DNA of 64,000 bases, from assembly GCA_964106915.2 (NCBI GenBank), contig OZ066915.1; one strand, 5' to 3'. Below are positions 38,937 through 51,543 of the stretch, one piece after another; position 1 is the stretch's first letter, and every line of letters begins with the position of its first letter. The notes below the pieces were generated by a model, which saw only the letters and a list, made by a program, of their open reading frames with translations, did not search any database and had not been told where the DNA came from. Origin of the DNA: Podarcis gaigeae (Eukaryota). Position numbers and translations under genes: made by a program.

Positions 38937-40187
38937 TGTGTGATCACTTTTTAAAAAACATGTGCATTGCATATCAATTTGGATCTCCCATTCTCTGATG
39001 CTCTATACAGAACTCTTACCTGCAACTAGGATGCTGTTTTCACTCTGATTCGAGTCCTAGAATCATCTGGAGTCTCTTCTCCTGAGAAAGTTTTGGGACT
39101 CCAATATGATTGCTTGACAAGCAAGCCTGTTGGCTGAAGTGCTACCTCAGTTCCAGCTCTAAGTACTTAAGGGCCATCTCATCTTCTAAAAGTAGTGTTT
39201 TGGCTCGAAGACACTTTTCTCCCACACATAGTTATACTGTATTCTCCTTCACACACCCCTCCTTATTTTTCTTCTTCTTCCCCCTGGTAGTTGCTCTGCT
39301 TGCACGGAAAGTCAAACAAAATATTTGGGCATTTGTTGTCAGCCGAACCTCTGTCAGTGGTCACAGCCAGCCTTAGATCTTGGACGGGGGGGAGGGGCTC
39401 CCAGCATTACTCATTAATGAAAGAGCTCATTTAGATAGCCTGGGAAGTGGGTCTCTTTCAAAGGCCTTGCCTAGCATTGTTAAGCCAGGAGAGTTTGATT
39501 GCAGTTTGCACAGCAGGGGATTTGATTTCTCAATTCACCTTGGAAAAATAAGCAGCAGCAAAGAATCTCTCAATGGAATGCACCAGATTAAAAATTGTTA
39601 CTAGGCCATGCCTGGTGAGGATATGCCACTAACTGGATTACGGTGTGGGTGGGTGTTTGGGAATGGTTGGCCTCCATTAAAGTACATTTTGGCAAGCCCT
39701 TAATGGTCGAGTGGACTGTTGTGCAATCTCCAAGGAGTGACTAGTTTCCCCAGGAAATAAAGCAAAGAGGCAATGCCTCTAATCTAATGTTGCCCACCAC
39801 CCCAGTCTCCAAGCAGTGCAACATTCCAGGGGTTCCAGGCACTTACCCAGAGCTCAGTTTCCTTGGAATGAGGGATAGCAGAGACTTTGGTGTCTTTATG
39901 ATATATGGTTTATTTACTCATATATACAACCTGAGCCTATGATGGAGGAGCTCATAGCATTAATACCCCAAGAGGGTCATGCTTTTCCCATAGCCACAGC
40001 CTTGGATCCCAGCAGAAATCAGGCATGGCTCTGTCTCTTAGCTGCCCAGTCTGCTTCCTCCTCCTAGCTTCTAGCTCACACACACAACTCTGACTTTTGT
40101 CTTTCTAACTAACAGTTAAGGGAGGGGGCCTCATCCATCTTCTATCTGGCACAGAGCCATTTCCTTTGCTGCCTTTAGGATCCATTA

Positions 40188-40538
40188 AAAAGGTAAAGGT
40201 ACCCCTGACCATTAGGTCCAGTTGCGGATGACTCTGGGGTTGCGCGCTCATCTGGCTCTATAGGCCGAGGGAGCCAGCATTTGTCCACAGACAGCATGTT
40301 GCCAGCATGACTAAGCCGGTTCTGGTGAACCAGACAGTGCATGGAAACGGCGTTTACCTTCCCGCCGGAGCGGTACCTATTTATCTACTTGCACTTTGGC
40401 GTGCTTTCGAACTGCTAGGTTGGCAGGAGCTGGGACTGAGCAATGGGAGCTCACCCCGTCGCGGGGATTCAAACCTCTGACCTTCTGATCAGCAAGTCCT
40501 AGGCTCTGTGGTTTAGACCACAGTGCCACCCGTGTCCC
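40188..40538 (-). mobile_element. Full-length Sauria SINE with target-site duplication
   Basis: tRNA-like head GGGACACGGGTGGCACTGTGG..., ACCTTT tail, and a 14-bp TSD tttagga(t/c)ccatta at 40174-40187 and 40539-40552. Confidence 0.9.
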
Positions 40539-40755
40539 TTTAGGACCCATTACCAAGGGCCATTACCCATAAACTTGTCCGGCTATTCCAGCATTTAGAT
40601 CCTTGTTGGATTCAAGAATTAGAAGGGATTCAGGCATACAAACTACCCCCCCCCCAAAAAAAAACAATAACATGTCACAACAATAACATTCTTCCGAAGT
40701 CTCAGTTACCATTCAAAATGGGTTGGTAGTTAGGAACATATGAAGTTTCCTTATA

Positions 40756-41258
40756 CAGTGGTACCTCAGGTTACATAAGCTTCAGGTTGCCTACGCTTCA
40801 GGTTACAGACTCCGCTAACCAGAAATAGTACCTCGGGTTAAGAACTTTGCTTCAGGATGAGAACAGAAATCGTGCTCCGGTGGTGGGGCAGCAGCGGGAG
40901 GCCCCATTGGCTAAAGTGGTGCTTCAGGTTAAGAACAGTTTCAGGTTAAGAACGGACTTCCAGAACGAATTACCGTGTTTTTTGCTCTATAAGACTCACT
41001 TTTTCCCTCCTAAAAAGTAAGGGGGTGTGTGTGTGTGTCTTATGGAGCGAATGCAGGCTGCGCAGCTATCCCAGAAGCCAGAACAGCAAGAGGGATCGCT
41101 GCTTTCGCTGCGCAGCAATCCCTCTTGCTGTTCTGGCTTCTGAGATTCAGAATATTTTTTTTCTTGTTTTCCTCCTCCAAAAACTAGGTGCATCTTGTGG
41201 TCTGGTGCGTCTTATAGAGCAAAAAAATATGGTAAATACTTAACCCGAGGTACCACTG
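40756..41258. mobile_element. Tc1/mariner MITE containing a second MITE (40973-41232), itself inserted in a SINE (40731-41425)
   Basis: Outer TIRs CAGTGGTACCTC/GAGGTACCACTG with TA duplication. Inner TIRs CCGTGTTTTTTGCTCTATAAGAC / GTCTTATAGAGCAAAAAAATATGG with TA duplication. Confidence 0.88.
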
Positions 41259-42252
41259 TACTGAGTCAAACCCATTGGCCCATCTAGCTTAATAGTGTCT
41301 ACACTATTGACTGGGGAATGACTCCCCAATGTTTCCAACCAGCAGTCTTTCCCAGCCTTACATGAAGATACCCGGGATTGAATCTGGGATCTTCCACACA
41401 TGCTCTGTCACTGAACAACAGCCCTTTCCTTATATCTGTGGAAACTACAGCAAACGCCTTTGAGAGATACTACGACTCAAAGCTTTTGCATAAGATTTGC
41501 TTGACTGCAGCTTATTTTATGAGATGTAACACTGTTATTGGCAAAAACTCATACTACAATAAGCCATGCAAGATACTTAAATCAATTTAGAGGATTTCTT
41601 AGAAGCATGCTGACCCACTACCAGCTAGCTGCACACTTGATCCCTCTGATCTGAAGCAGTAGCTGAAAAATTGGCAGGGTCCCCACAGTCAAAACAAGGG
41701 TCTGTTATGGAAGACTCCACAGTTATACACTTTTTGTGTGTATAGCTGTACTGCTTTCCGTTCATTCAGCCAAGTCCTAATCATACAACCAGGAGTGTGG
41801 GAAACATTTCATCAAACACTCCTAAAGTTTCAGTATTCTCAAAGTCCCACAAAAAGTGAAGGTAGCTTTGTTGACTCATAAGAAAGAAATTAAAAATCTA
41901 TGTTAGGGCAATAGTTTTCTTAGGCGAACCAAAATGTCACAGAACATTGTGCAAACTTTACCATTTAGCCAGAGAACTCAAAGGCTGGCCACTATGTTGT
42001 GGCATATCAGTTGGCTAATATGGATCTTGGGATGTTCAATATAATAATGTTTAATATAATAACTACTTACTTTGTAACTTGGTAATCTGCTCTTTGAAGG
42101 GAATGTTTAGTGTTGTAACAACGCACTACAGCAATTACAGTTATATTTTGACTGTGAAAGTTCTCAAACTCTAAAACGGAGGTCATTCCAGTACTTACAC
42201 TGTTGTGCAGGAGGGCTGGAATAATACAAAATGTTTGAGAGTCAGTTGATAT

Positions 42253-42388
42253 CAGGCATAGGCAAACTCAGCCCTCCAGATGTTTTGGGACTACAACTCT
42301 CATCATCCCTAGCTAACAGGACCAGTGATCAGGGGTGGTGGGAGTTGTAGTCACAAAAAATCTGGAGGGCTGAGTTTGCCTATGCCTG
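42253..42388. mobile_element. Palindromic hAT-like MITE
   Basis: TIRs CAGGCATAGGCAAACTCAGCCCTCCAGA / TCTGGAGGGCTGAGTTTGCCTATGCCTG; the whole element folds back. Confidence 0.85.
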
Positions 42389-42500
42389 GTTTAGAGGCTA
42401 GGTATGCTACATGCAGTATGGTGTTTTTTTTGCAAATTTTGAGGCAGCACCTGATTCCTGCCACGGTCACCCAACCATGGAATAGAAGCTTTCTACACAC

Positions 42501-42504
<4 letters not shown>

Positions 42505-42560
<56 letters not shown>
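42505..42560. repeat. (AG)28 microsatellite
   Basis: Directly visible. Confidence 0.95.
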
Positions 42561-42563
<3 letters not shown>

Positions 42564-43201
42564 CCACAGGAGACAAGAGTTCCCTTCTGTCAGTAGTGCT
42601 GTCAAGGCAGCACTTTGAGGTGGATATCTAGAGCTTCACGCAGCAGAATGAAGGGGAGCTCCCCCTGCCCTAGTGCAGCACGTCCAGTTTACCACGTTTT
42701 GAAGTAAATCAAGTAGTACACATTGTCATCTAAAAGCCCCATGCACACACACAAGAACATTAAGTCCAAAGTCTAAGATTACCTAACTGCACCGCTACCT
42801 TTTGTGAAGAACATACAAGATAGATGACCCCCTTATCTGTGGGAAGGAGTGCTGGATGAAGAGGGAGTTCATGCATGATCTCACTCCTGGGGTTGTTGAA
42901 GCACCCATAAGCTTTCTACAAGGCAAGCTGTGAGGCTACATTATGTACACTGCATTTAAAGCACATGCCATCCCCCCCAGAATCCTGGGAACTGTAGCTT
43001 ATCACCCACAGAGCTACAATTCTTGGCATCCTTATCAAACTATGGTTTCCAGGATTCTTGGGGGCGGGGTATTGCTTTAAATATATGGTGTGTTCGCAGC
43101 CAGAGACGGTGCTGCTGATGTAGATATTTGAAATGATTGAAACTCTAATTCTGCACCTCCCCACACTGCAGACCCACTGTGTCTCTCTGCCTGGCTGCAC
43201 C

Positions 43202-46200
43202 ATGACTGTCACATACACAGCCCGCGTGGCCAACGCTCGCTTCGGTGGCTTCTACAAACTACTGACCCTCTGGCGTGGAAGCATCTACAAGCTGCTCTAC
43301 AAGGAGTTCTTGGTCTTCTCTCTTTCGTACCTGGGACTTAGTGTTACATATCGGTAAGTGGGAACGTGGAAGAACAGTCTCATATCTACCCTAAATGACC
43401 TTTGGTGTGTCAAGCACGCGCCACCAAAATTCAGGGCTCTTCAAATAGTTACCACTTGGATCCACTCTCTAGAAATTCACTAATTTTCTAAGACAAGGCA
43501 TTGTTTTCCCTTAGCGGTGTCTTTAAATTAGAAACCTCATAGAATAATTGTTTGTTCAGGAGCATGCCTTTATTTGGCGGGATGGAGGACAGTGTTTGGC
43601 ATTTTGATTGGCAACCTGTTTTGGGGGTTTTTTAAATTTTGCACAGCCCTTGTAACAAACTTGGTCTAACCAGCCAAAGTTGAAACTTAACACACTGGAG
43701 TGGGATGGGCAGGATATATATAAATATGGCATTGCCCAGCCTCACCCCCTTTCACAACTGTAATTATGCTGTAGAACCCACTCTTTCTGGGTTCTGCTGG
43801 CTGCACACTTCCTCCTCTCCAAGTTCAAATTGCACTTCTCCACTTCTCAACCCCAGATCAGGGTGACTGATTTGCTACTTTTGAAACCCTTGCTTTGTTT
43901 TGGGCACTTTGCTATCCTGCTGACGACTAGAGAGGACCTCCTGTGAGCAGCAAATCTGGAGTGGCATCAATTCAGCTCGCAGTTTGGGCAGTCACCTTAT
44001 CACACACACCACTCACTTATAGCAGAAGTGTGTGTGTGTGTGTGTGTGTGTGTGATATACAACCACCCCTTTATGTGAGTCAGCCTAGCTCGTTGCATAT
44101 ATTATGTATGATACAGAAGTCCTCAGCTCCCAGCAGTTGTGTGATTCTAGCACTCTGGTGCAGTCTTTGCCAACTCGGTTGTCCCCCATATGTCTGAGAC
44201 CAGCTGGAGCTGATGGAAGTTGCAGACTCCAAATGTTTTGGAGACAACCAGGTTGGCGAAGGCTGGTCTGATGTATAAAGTTGCCCCAGGATTTACTGTA
44301 TGTCCTGTCCAATCATAACATTTTAAAAACAGCCCTCACTTGCCCTTCAGAATGCATTTAGATTGTCCCCTTACAAGAGTGCAAGCAGGTGGCTCTCAGC
44401 AAATGTGTTGCCAACCCCCTTGGGAAATATGCATCCTTCTTAATCCTTCTCTCATTCTTATTCCCACCTCTAGCTTCGTCTTAAGTGAGACTCAGAAAAG
44501 GGACTTCGAAAAGGTGGTGATTTACTGTGACAACTATGCCAATCTCATCCCTGTCTCCTTTGTCCTGGGTGAGATGCTTGAACGCCAGCTCCTTTCCTAA
44601 AGGAGCAATGCTCTTTCCTTATCCATGTGCCCATCCCAACCTTGGCTTCCAGGGCACAACCTTCATCCATGCCTAGTCCAATTTACTGCTTGCCCTTTGC
44701 GTACTGCAAGGGTGTCAGACTATAATACAGGCTCAGCAATAGATATGCTTCTGGTTTAGACTTGGGTGTGACTCCCCCTCCCCCCCAGTCTATCAAAGTA
44801 AGAGTATGGTGATAATAGGGTATTATGGGCTTTAATTACTTCATCTGGAAACTGGGTAGAGTATGGGTGACTTGTGCATGTTATACTCGGCAGCTAACTT
44901 CCACAATTAGGTCTGGTGGAGCTCAGAGCTCTCTGAAAGCCAGGAAGAGCAGCCCGGAACACTCCATGCCCTTGATCCTGAACATATTGGCAATGAGAGA
45001 AAGGAACTCTGCACATGCTCAGGGTAATGTCATGTGTACTGGCAGCAAGCAAACTCCCTTCTCGGAGCAATAGTCCTTATATGTAGCCAAAATGGCACCA
45101 CCCATACACAGAATAGGGGAGGTATCAAGCAGGCATGCTGAAGTACAGAATGGAAACCTTGGAGGAGGGGACATCCTAAAATGGCCCAGTGAAGACTGAG
45201 CATGCCCAGTGGGTATTGAATGCTGAGGGGGATTCAAAAAACGACACAGTGGGCATGGAATGCTGTCTGCCTGTTGTGGGGTATTTGTTTGGGTGGGGAT
45301 ATACGAAAATCAGTGGGGAGAATAGAATGGAGGGACTGGAAAGCTGAACAGAGGTATTCCATGCTGCAATGTTTTGTGGCCAGTTTCTCTTGCACTTACT
45401 GTCTAATGTTGCCAGAACCGAGCTCTGTCTTTCATAATTTGTGTTCTCAGTCCTGGTTCAAGTGAAGCATTCCTGTTTTATCTCAGAGTGAGGCTGCCTG
45501 ACTTAGCAACATGCCATGGGACAGAATTCTAATGCAACCCCTCCCCATCTCCTGGGTTCATTTAGGGTTCTATGTGACATTGGTGGTGAACCGCTGGTGG
45601 AGTCAGTACACCTGCATGCCTATGCCAGACCGCCTGATGTGTGCCATCTCTGGGAATGTGCACGGCACTGACGAGAAGGGGCGCCTTTACCGGCGAACTC
45701 TCATGCGGTACTGCAGCCTTTCTGCTGTCTTGATTCTTCGCTCAGTCAGCATCGCTGTGTTCAAGCGTTTCCCCACTATAGACCATGTGGTGGAGGCAGG
45801 TGAGTGCAGAAGGGAGACCATATTTCCCACTAAGCCAGTGGTTTTCAACCAGTGTGCCGTGGCACCCTGGGGTGCCTTGAATGATGGTTGGGGTGCCATG
45901 GGCAACACTGGCCTCCCTCCTTCTTTCCTTCCCTCCCTCTTCTGGTGCCCTATTGCGTTTCTGCCTCTCAAAGGTTTGCACAGCTGTTTATTGCAGAAGC
46001 CCTGGCTACAAGCTCCTCAGATGAATGATGCCTCTGGGGCTGGCCAGGGGGTGCTCTCCAGGACCCTGTGGGGCAGTGGGAGGAGGCACCTCTCTTTGGG
46101 GCAGAGGGGGCAGCTCAGAGACCAGGGACGGCAGCAGCAGCTGCCCAGAGGACTCCCAAGGAGAGAGGGGAGAGGAGGCTGAGGGAACATTCCACATGGG

Positions 46201-49200
46201 AAGGTGTTTGAAAAAGGATGAGAGACTGCCAGCTCTCAAGCAAGGGCAAGGTGACATAACTAGGCTCCTGAGCCCCACAGAATGAATGTTGTTGGTCAAG
46301 GGACTCATGGACTCAAAAGGTTGAAAGCCTCTGCACTAAGCTTATAAAGCTTATAAGGATGAGAGGACTGTGGGAAAGCCTGCAAGAGGTAGGTGTCCCC
46401 CTGCCCTTGCCCATTTGTTAGAATGAAATTAGGAAATTTTAAAGTTTTTTTTTAAAAGCAATGATAGGCATAACTTTTAATCTAGAATATGTTATTTCGG
46501 AATGCCACAATTATGCAGCTTATAAAGTGGACCGCCTGTAAGCAGAGCATATTGCATTTAGTGTGAGTTTTACTACATATCTTGTGTCCTTCTTCAAGGC
46601 TTCTTCAAAAGCCTATAGCCTTTCAGAGTGCAGTTCTTCAGTGTAAGATTGCACTCTGGACCTTCTAAATAGAGTACTATTGGCTGCATAACCTCTGTTG
46701 CATCTAACAGGGTTCATGACTCGTGAGGAGCGCAAGAAATACGAGAACCTGAACACTTCCTACAACAGATACTGGGTCCCCTGTGTCTGGTTTACCAACT
46801 TAGCTGCACAGGCACGCAAAGAAGGCCGCATACGTGATAACTGTGCTCTCAAGTTACTCATGGAGGTGAGGTGGTAAATCCTTGTCCCCCAGACTATAGA
46901 TATAATAGTTATTCTTTGACACCTGAGACGTGTGTTTTCAGGGCCCACCCTATTCCTGCGATCATAATATGATTTAACTGTTTTTAATTTTAAGCTGTTC
47001 ACCTGCGAGTCAAGGGTGGGTTATAAATTTGATGATGATAGGCGTACCTCCAGAACAAGATCCTTTAGTGCAAGGTTTCTTTTGTGACCCATGCTCCCTG
47101 TTAGCTTACATAAAAATCTAACCCCTTCCTGTAAAGCCTGGCTCCTCTAATTGTTTTATTAAAATTTACAAATGGATTTCTATACTGGTGAGCTCAGTCA
47201 CCTAAAAAAGAAAAAAAATCCCAGAAGTGTTCAAGAGCAAACATTACCAGTTTTAGCTCTCATGTTTTGCAACAGGCAAAATGGAGGCTTGTATTGTGTA
47301 TGTGGCAATATTGAATCATTTTGTTCTAATGTTTAATACTAGGCTATTGTGCAAGAGTAATATTTACTTTAATTTATAAAACTTACGCAAGATATAGCAG
47401 GTGTTGCATATGTGTGTTTATATATTTAAAAGAAGCTTGGTACGTGTACTGTGATTAGTTTCCAAGGTAATCCCTCATATGTACTGGGTGGAGATCTTGA
47501 GAACAGCTACCGTTGCTGAATTTGGAATATGCCTTCATCATGTGGCAACTGGAAATAAGCACACACATGTCATTTCTGCTGCCAGGAAAAAACTCATGTG
47601 ACAAACTATGCCACACCCCACCCCAAAAATTAATGAGTTTTCTCACCAGGGGTGATTGTGGATATATAATTGGTTATTATAGTCTGAAGAGAAAATCCAG
47701 ATTAAATAATAATAAAAAAAGGATGGGCTTGCATTTTGATAATAGTGGACATCTTGTGGACCCAGTGAAAAACATATGTGCATGAGCAGTACCAATTGCA
47801 TAATAAACTCTCTTGTGACTGCAGCCTAAATTTCAGTTTATTGGCCTTCACTCAGCCCATTACCAATTCAAGACACCAGTTCAGCACTTTCACTGCTTCA
47901 TGTGACTCAGGTGAAAATTAGACTAGAGTTGGGTGTCATCTGCATATTGATGACACCCCACCCATAATCTTCATATGACCTCTCCCAATAGATACAGATG
48001 GTGAAATGCATGGTATACAAGGTGGAATTCTTGGGGACCTTACAACATAAATGCCATGGGGTCTCCCAGGATCACCTTCTGGAAGTGACCTTCCAAGTAG
48101 GAATGGAACCACTGGGACATCATACTTCCAGTCCCCAACCCTGATAACCTATTCAGAAGGATACCACCATAGTCAATGGTATAAAAGGTCCAGGAGAAAT
48201 TAGCAGGGTCGTATTCCTTCTGTGCTTCTCCCAGCATAGATCATCCATCAGGACAACCAAAGCTGTTTCTGAGCTGAAACCAGGTCTGAAGATGGACTGA
48301 AAAGTTCTAGTTAGGCAGAAGTTTCAGTGCTTAGCCCTTAGAGATGGCTGTTTTCTTCTTTCAGGAACTGAACCTTTTCCGCGGAAACTGCAGCATGCTC
48401 TACCACTATGACTGGATCAGTGTACCACTAGTCTACACTCAGGTGAGTTAAGGACCCAAAGCAGTCAGAAAGCCCAACTACATCCATTTGGGCTCATATG
48501 ATGAACCACCCGCTTCCAAACGTTGATAGTTATTTCACCCAAAGGCATGCATAGAGTCAAAAGCACTGAAGCCACTGAACAAGCACATCATATACTGTAT
48601 CAGGGAATTTTCATCCCAGCTAAGTTTAACACAGCCCAACATGGCATGTCTAGCCCAGCAGTTAGCCCAGCCCCACCCCAGAAACTTCATCACACCATGG
48701 AACAAGCCTTATATGTAGAGCAGCAATGCACAGATCCTAATGTTATATGAGAACAGCTGAGGTTTACCTATTCTAAAGCACATTTTGAGGATCTCATGCT
48801 AGATTCATCCAGAGCAGCCTCTAGTTGTGTGCCTACAATCACTATTTCAAGGAATGTACTCAGGATCATTAAAACAAAAACAAAAACCCAGTTATCTGGC
48901 TTTGGCACACACTAAATGCCTTTCTATAGTCACATTTAGGATGATTAAAGAGGAATAACATGTTTCTTCTCCTTCAGTATGTTTATATGGGAAGTAGTGG
49001 TACTAATTCACACTAGTAAACTGAGTATTGTGTGAAGGATCTTAACTCATTCCTATCTATTCAAGAATGAAAAGCTGCTGAAAATTAGAAACTCTACCCT
49101 ATTTAATACAAACATACATTAGGACAAGGTTGAACCTCTTATATTACTGCTGCTTAGCATCTCTGATTCCATGTACAGAGGATAAATTATTAGGGATTAA

Positions 49201-51543
49201 ATCACAGATGAATTGTTTGGTCCTCAGTAAACAGCCCATAAGATTGAACTAGGTCTAAAAACAGGGCTCCTAAATTCTGCAACTCACCCCCCTCCAGCCT
49301 CTCTACCTGCTTTTTCTTGCTCTGCTCTGACAGGTGGTTACCATTGCTGTGTACAGCTTCTTCGTTTCTTGTCTGATTGGGCGGCAGTTCCTTGACCCAG
49401 GCCAGGGCTACAAAGGACATGACCTGGATCTGTGGGTCCCTGTTTTTACCCTGCTGCAATTCTTCTTCTATGTTGGGTGGCTAAAGGTATGGCAGACAGG
49501 AGGTAGTTTAAGATGTGTAAGGACAGTCATTATGGGACACCTTCCTACAGATTAGAAAATGAATCAGGGGCAGAGGGATGGTCCATGAATCAGCTGCTGG
49601 GTGATTTAACAAGTGTCTGGAAGGAAGGAAAAGGGAATGTTTAATACTGCACACCTTTGCCATGTCTGTTACCATATTGATGGCAACAACTAAGGAGGCT
49701 GGGCACATGTATGCCTCTCTTTTTACTGTGCCTCTAAATACCCTACAGGTGGCTGAGCAGCTCATCAACCCTTTTGGGGAGGACGATGACGACTTTGAAA
49801 CCAACCTGCTGATTGACAGGAATTTCCAGGTAACTCTGCCCTCCCCTTTTCTGCTGAATAAAGCAACACTTGTAAAACAGATCAAGGTTGCTTCCAGACT
49901 TGGGCGACTTAGCAGCACCTGATTATTGCTTTTGTAGTTAACAGTGGGAATTGAATAGCAAATCAGCATTTAGACACCTAGTACGTGGGCATTCTGCCTT
50001 CCTCGTGGATTCAGATGTTGGAACAATATTTTTTATTATTGGTTAAACATTCCCTTGCCCTCATTGAACTCCCAGTCATGTGAAGGATTACCTTCCTGTT
50101 GGAAATCTAAAACTAGGCCCTAAATGTCAGATTTCCATATTGGTGCTGGAGGAGAAAGATTGAGGGCACAAGGAAAAGGGGACGACAGAGGACGAGATGG
50201 TTGGACAGTGTTCTCGAAGCTACCAGCATGAGTTTGACAAAACTGCGGGAGGCAGTGGAAGACAGGAGTGCTTGGCGTGCTCTGGTTCATGGGGTCACGA
50301 AGAGTCGAACACAACTAAACGACTAAACAACAAGCATGCATACACCTAGGCTAGTATTCACTTACTTTGGTGGTGACTCCCTTCCTTTGCAGGTCTCCAT
50401 GATGGCAGTGGACGAGATGTATGGGGACCTGCCTCTTCTGGAGAAGGATCGGTACTGGGATGCCTCCAACCCCCGCGCCCCGTATACCGCAGCCACCGTT
50501 TTCCTCTTGCAACAGCCATCGTTCCAGGGTTCCACTTTTGACATGACGTAAGCCAAACTTCTCATTCTGTGGCAAGGAAAGGGAATGACGGTGGTCCTGG
50601 TTGGGTAGAGGGTTGGGGAGAGAAGGAGGGATTTCGTCGGTGGGAGCAGTTTTCAGTCTGTGAAACTGGAGCTTGCTTTCTCCTTTTGGCCATTCCTCCC
50701 TGCTCATTTGGGGTAGGGCGAGGGCTCTTCTTCCAGTGCACATGGAGCCCCTGCTGGTTGCACAAATTCAGATCCCCATTTATACTACGCCATAGATATC
50801 CCCTCTCATTCCAGAGCGCTAGTGTGGTGTCTGAGGGCAATAAGGAAGATCCCTGCACCAAAAAGCAAGCTCTTTTGCAACTTGCGGTGTGAAGCTACTC
50901 CCTTTAACTACTCCCCTCCTCGATTTCCAGCCTAGCCAAGGAAGACATGCAGTTCCAGCCCCTAGAGGACATCGCAGAGGGCTATGAACACAGCCGCCAT
51001 GTCCCTGCACACCTCTTGAACCGCCTGCTATCCACAGCCCCCGCGCCTGGCGGCTTTGGACGTCGGCTGTCTCTGCTGAGGCGCAAGAACAGCTGTGTTT
51101 CCGAAGCATCCACTACCTACAGCTGCCTCTGTCAGGATACACAGACCACAGACTGTACCTGTGGGCCTCCTGGGCAGTCTGTGCCCATCAACAGCATTCA
51201 CTTCAGCTCTGAGGGGGAGGGAGACCTTGGGCCTGATGCCACTGGCCTGGGCACGGAGACACACAAGGACCTCTCTGAGGATCCCGCCGGCGAGCCCAGT
51301 GGCCCAGCTCAGACCTCGCTAGGCCATGATAGTGCTGTGGCCAACCCCCAGGATCCAGTGCCCCTTGTGGACATGTCTATCCCTGCAGCAACAGATACCG
51401 ACTCGTCTCAGCCTCTCCTAGACCACGGCTCTTCAGATGCCCCCTTCTTTCACAGCTCAAAGGAGGCCTCCAGCAAGGGTCTTCCGCCAGCCAATTACCC
51501 CCACTGGCTCCAGAGCCCTATTGAGGAGGAGAATGTGGCATAA
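43202..51543 (+). CDS. BEST2: Bestrophin-2 Ca2+-activated anion channel, 9 coding exons, 571 aa
   Basis: Coding exons 43202-43353 (acceptor ends 43171), 44474-44568, 45566-45799, 46711-46865, 48365-48442, 49334-49486, 49749-49829, 50393-50547 and 50931-51543 sum to 1716 nt, all GT-AG. Starts [17 protein letters not shown]; has the RFP motif (FKRFPT), the Ca-clasp [11 protein letters not shown], and a BEST2-type tail [18 protein letters not shown]...[12 protein letters not shown]. Position between GET3 and HOOK2 fits BEST2. Confidence 0.97.
44028..44053. repeat. (GT)n microsatellite
   Basis: Directly visible. Confidence 0.9.
45836..46333. mobile_element. Non-autonomous hAT DNA transposon (498 bp) in a BEST2 intron
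   Basis: TIRs CAGTGGTTTTCAACC / GGTTGAAAGCCTCTG; perfect 8-bp TSD CACTAAGC at 45828-45835 and 46334-46341. Confidence 0.9.
47880..48310 (-). mobile_element. L2-clade LINE RT fragment
   Basis: Minus-strand degenerate RT motifs [14 protein letters not shown]...WFHSYLEG...QKV, and CHQYADD (tgtcatctgcatattgatgac on +). Confidence 0.72.
50147..50333 (+). mobile_element. RTE/Bov-B LINE 3' end
   Basis: Encodes [56 protein letters not shown], followed by a (CAA)n tail. Confidence 0.88.
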
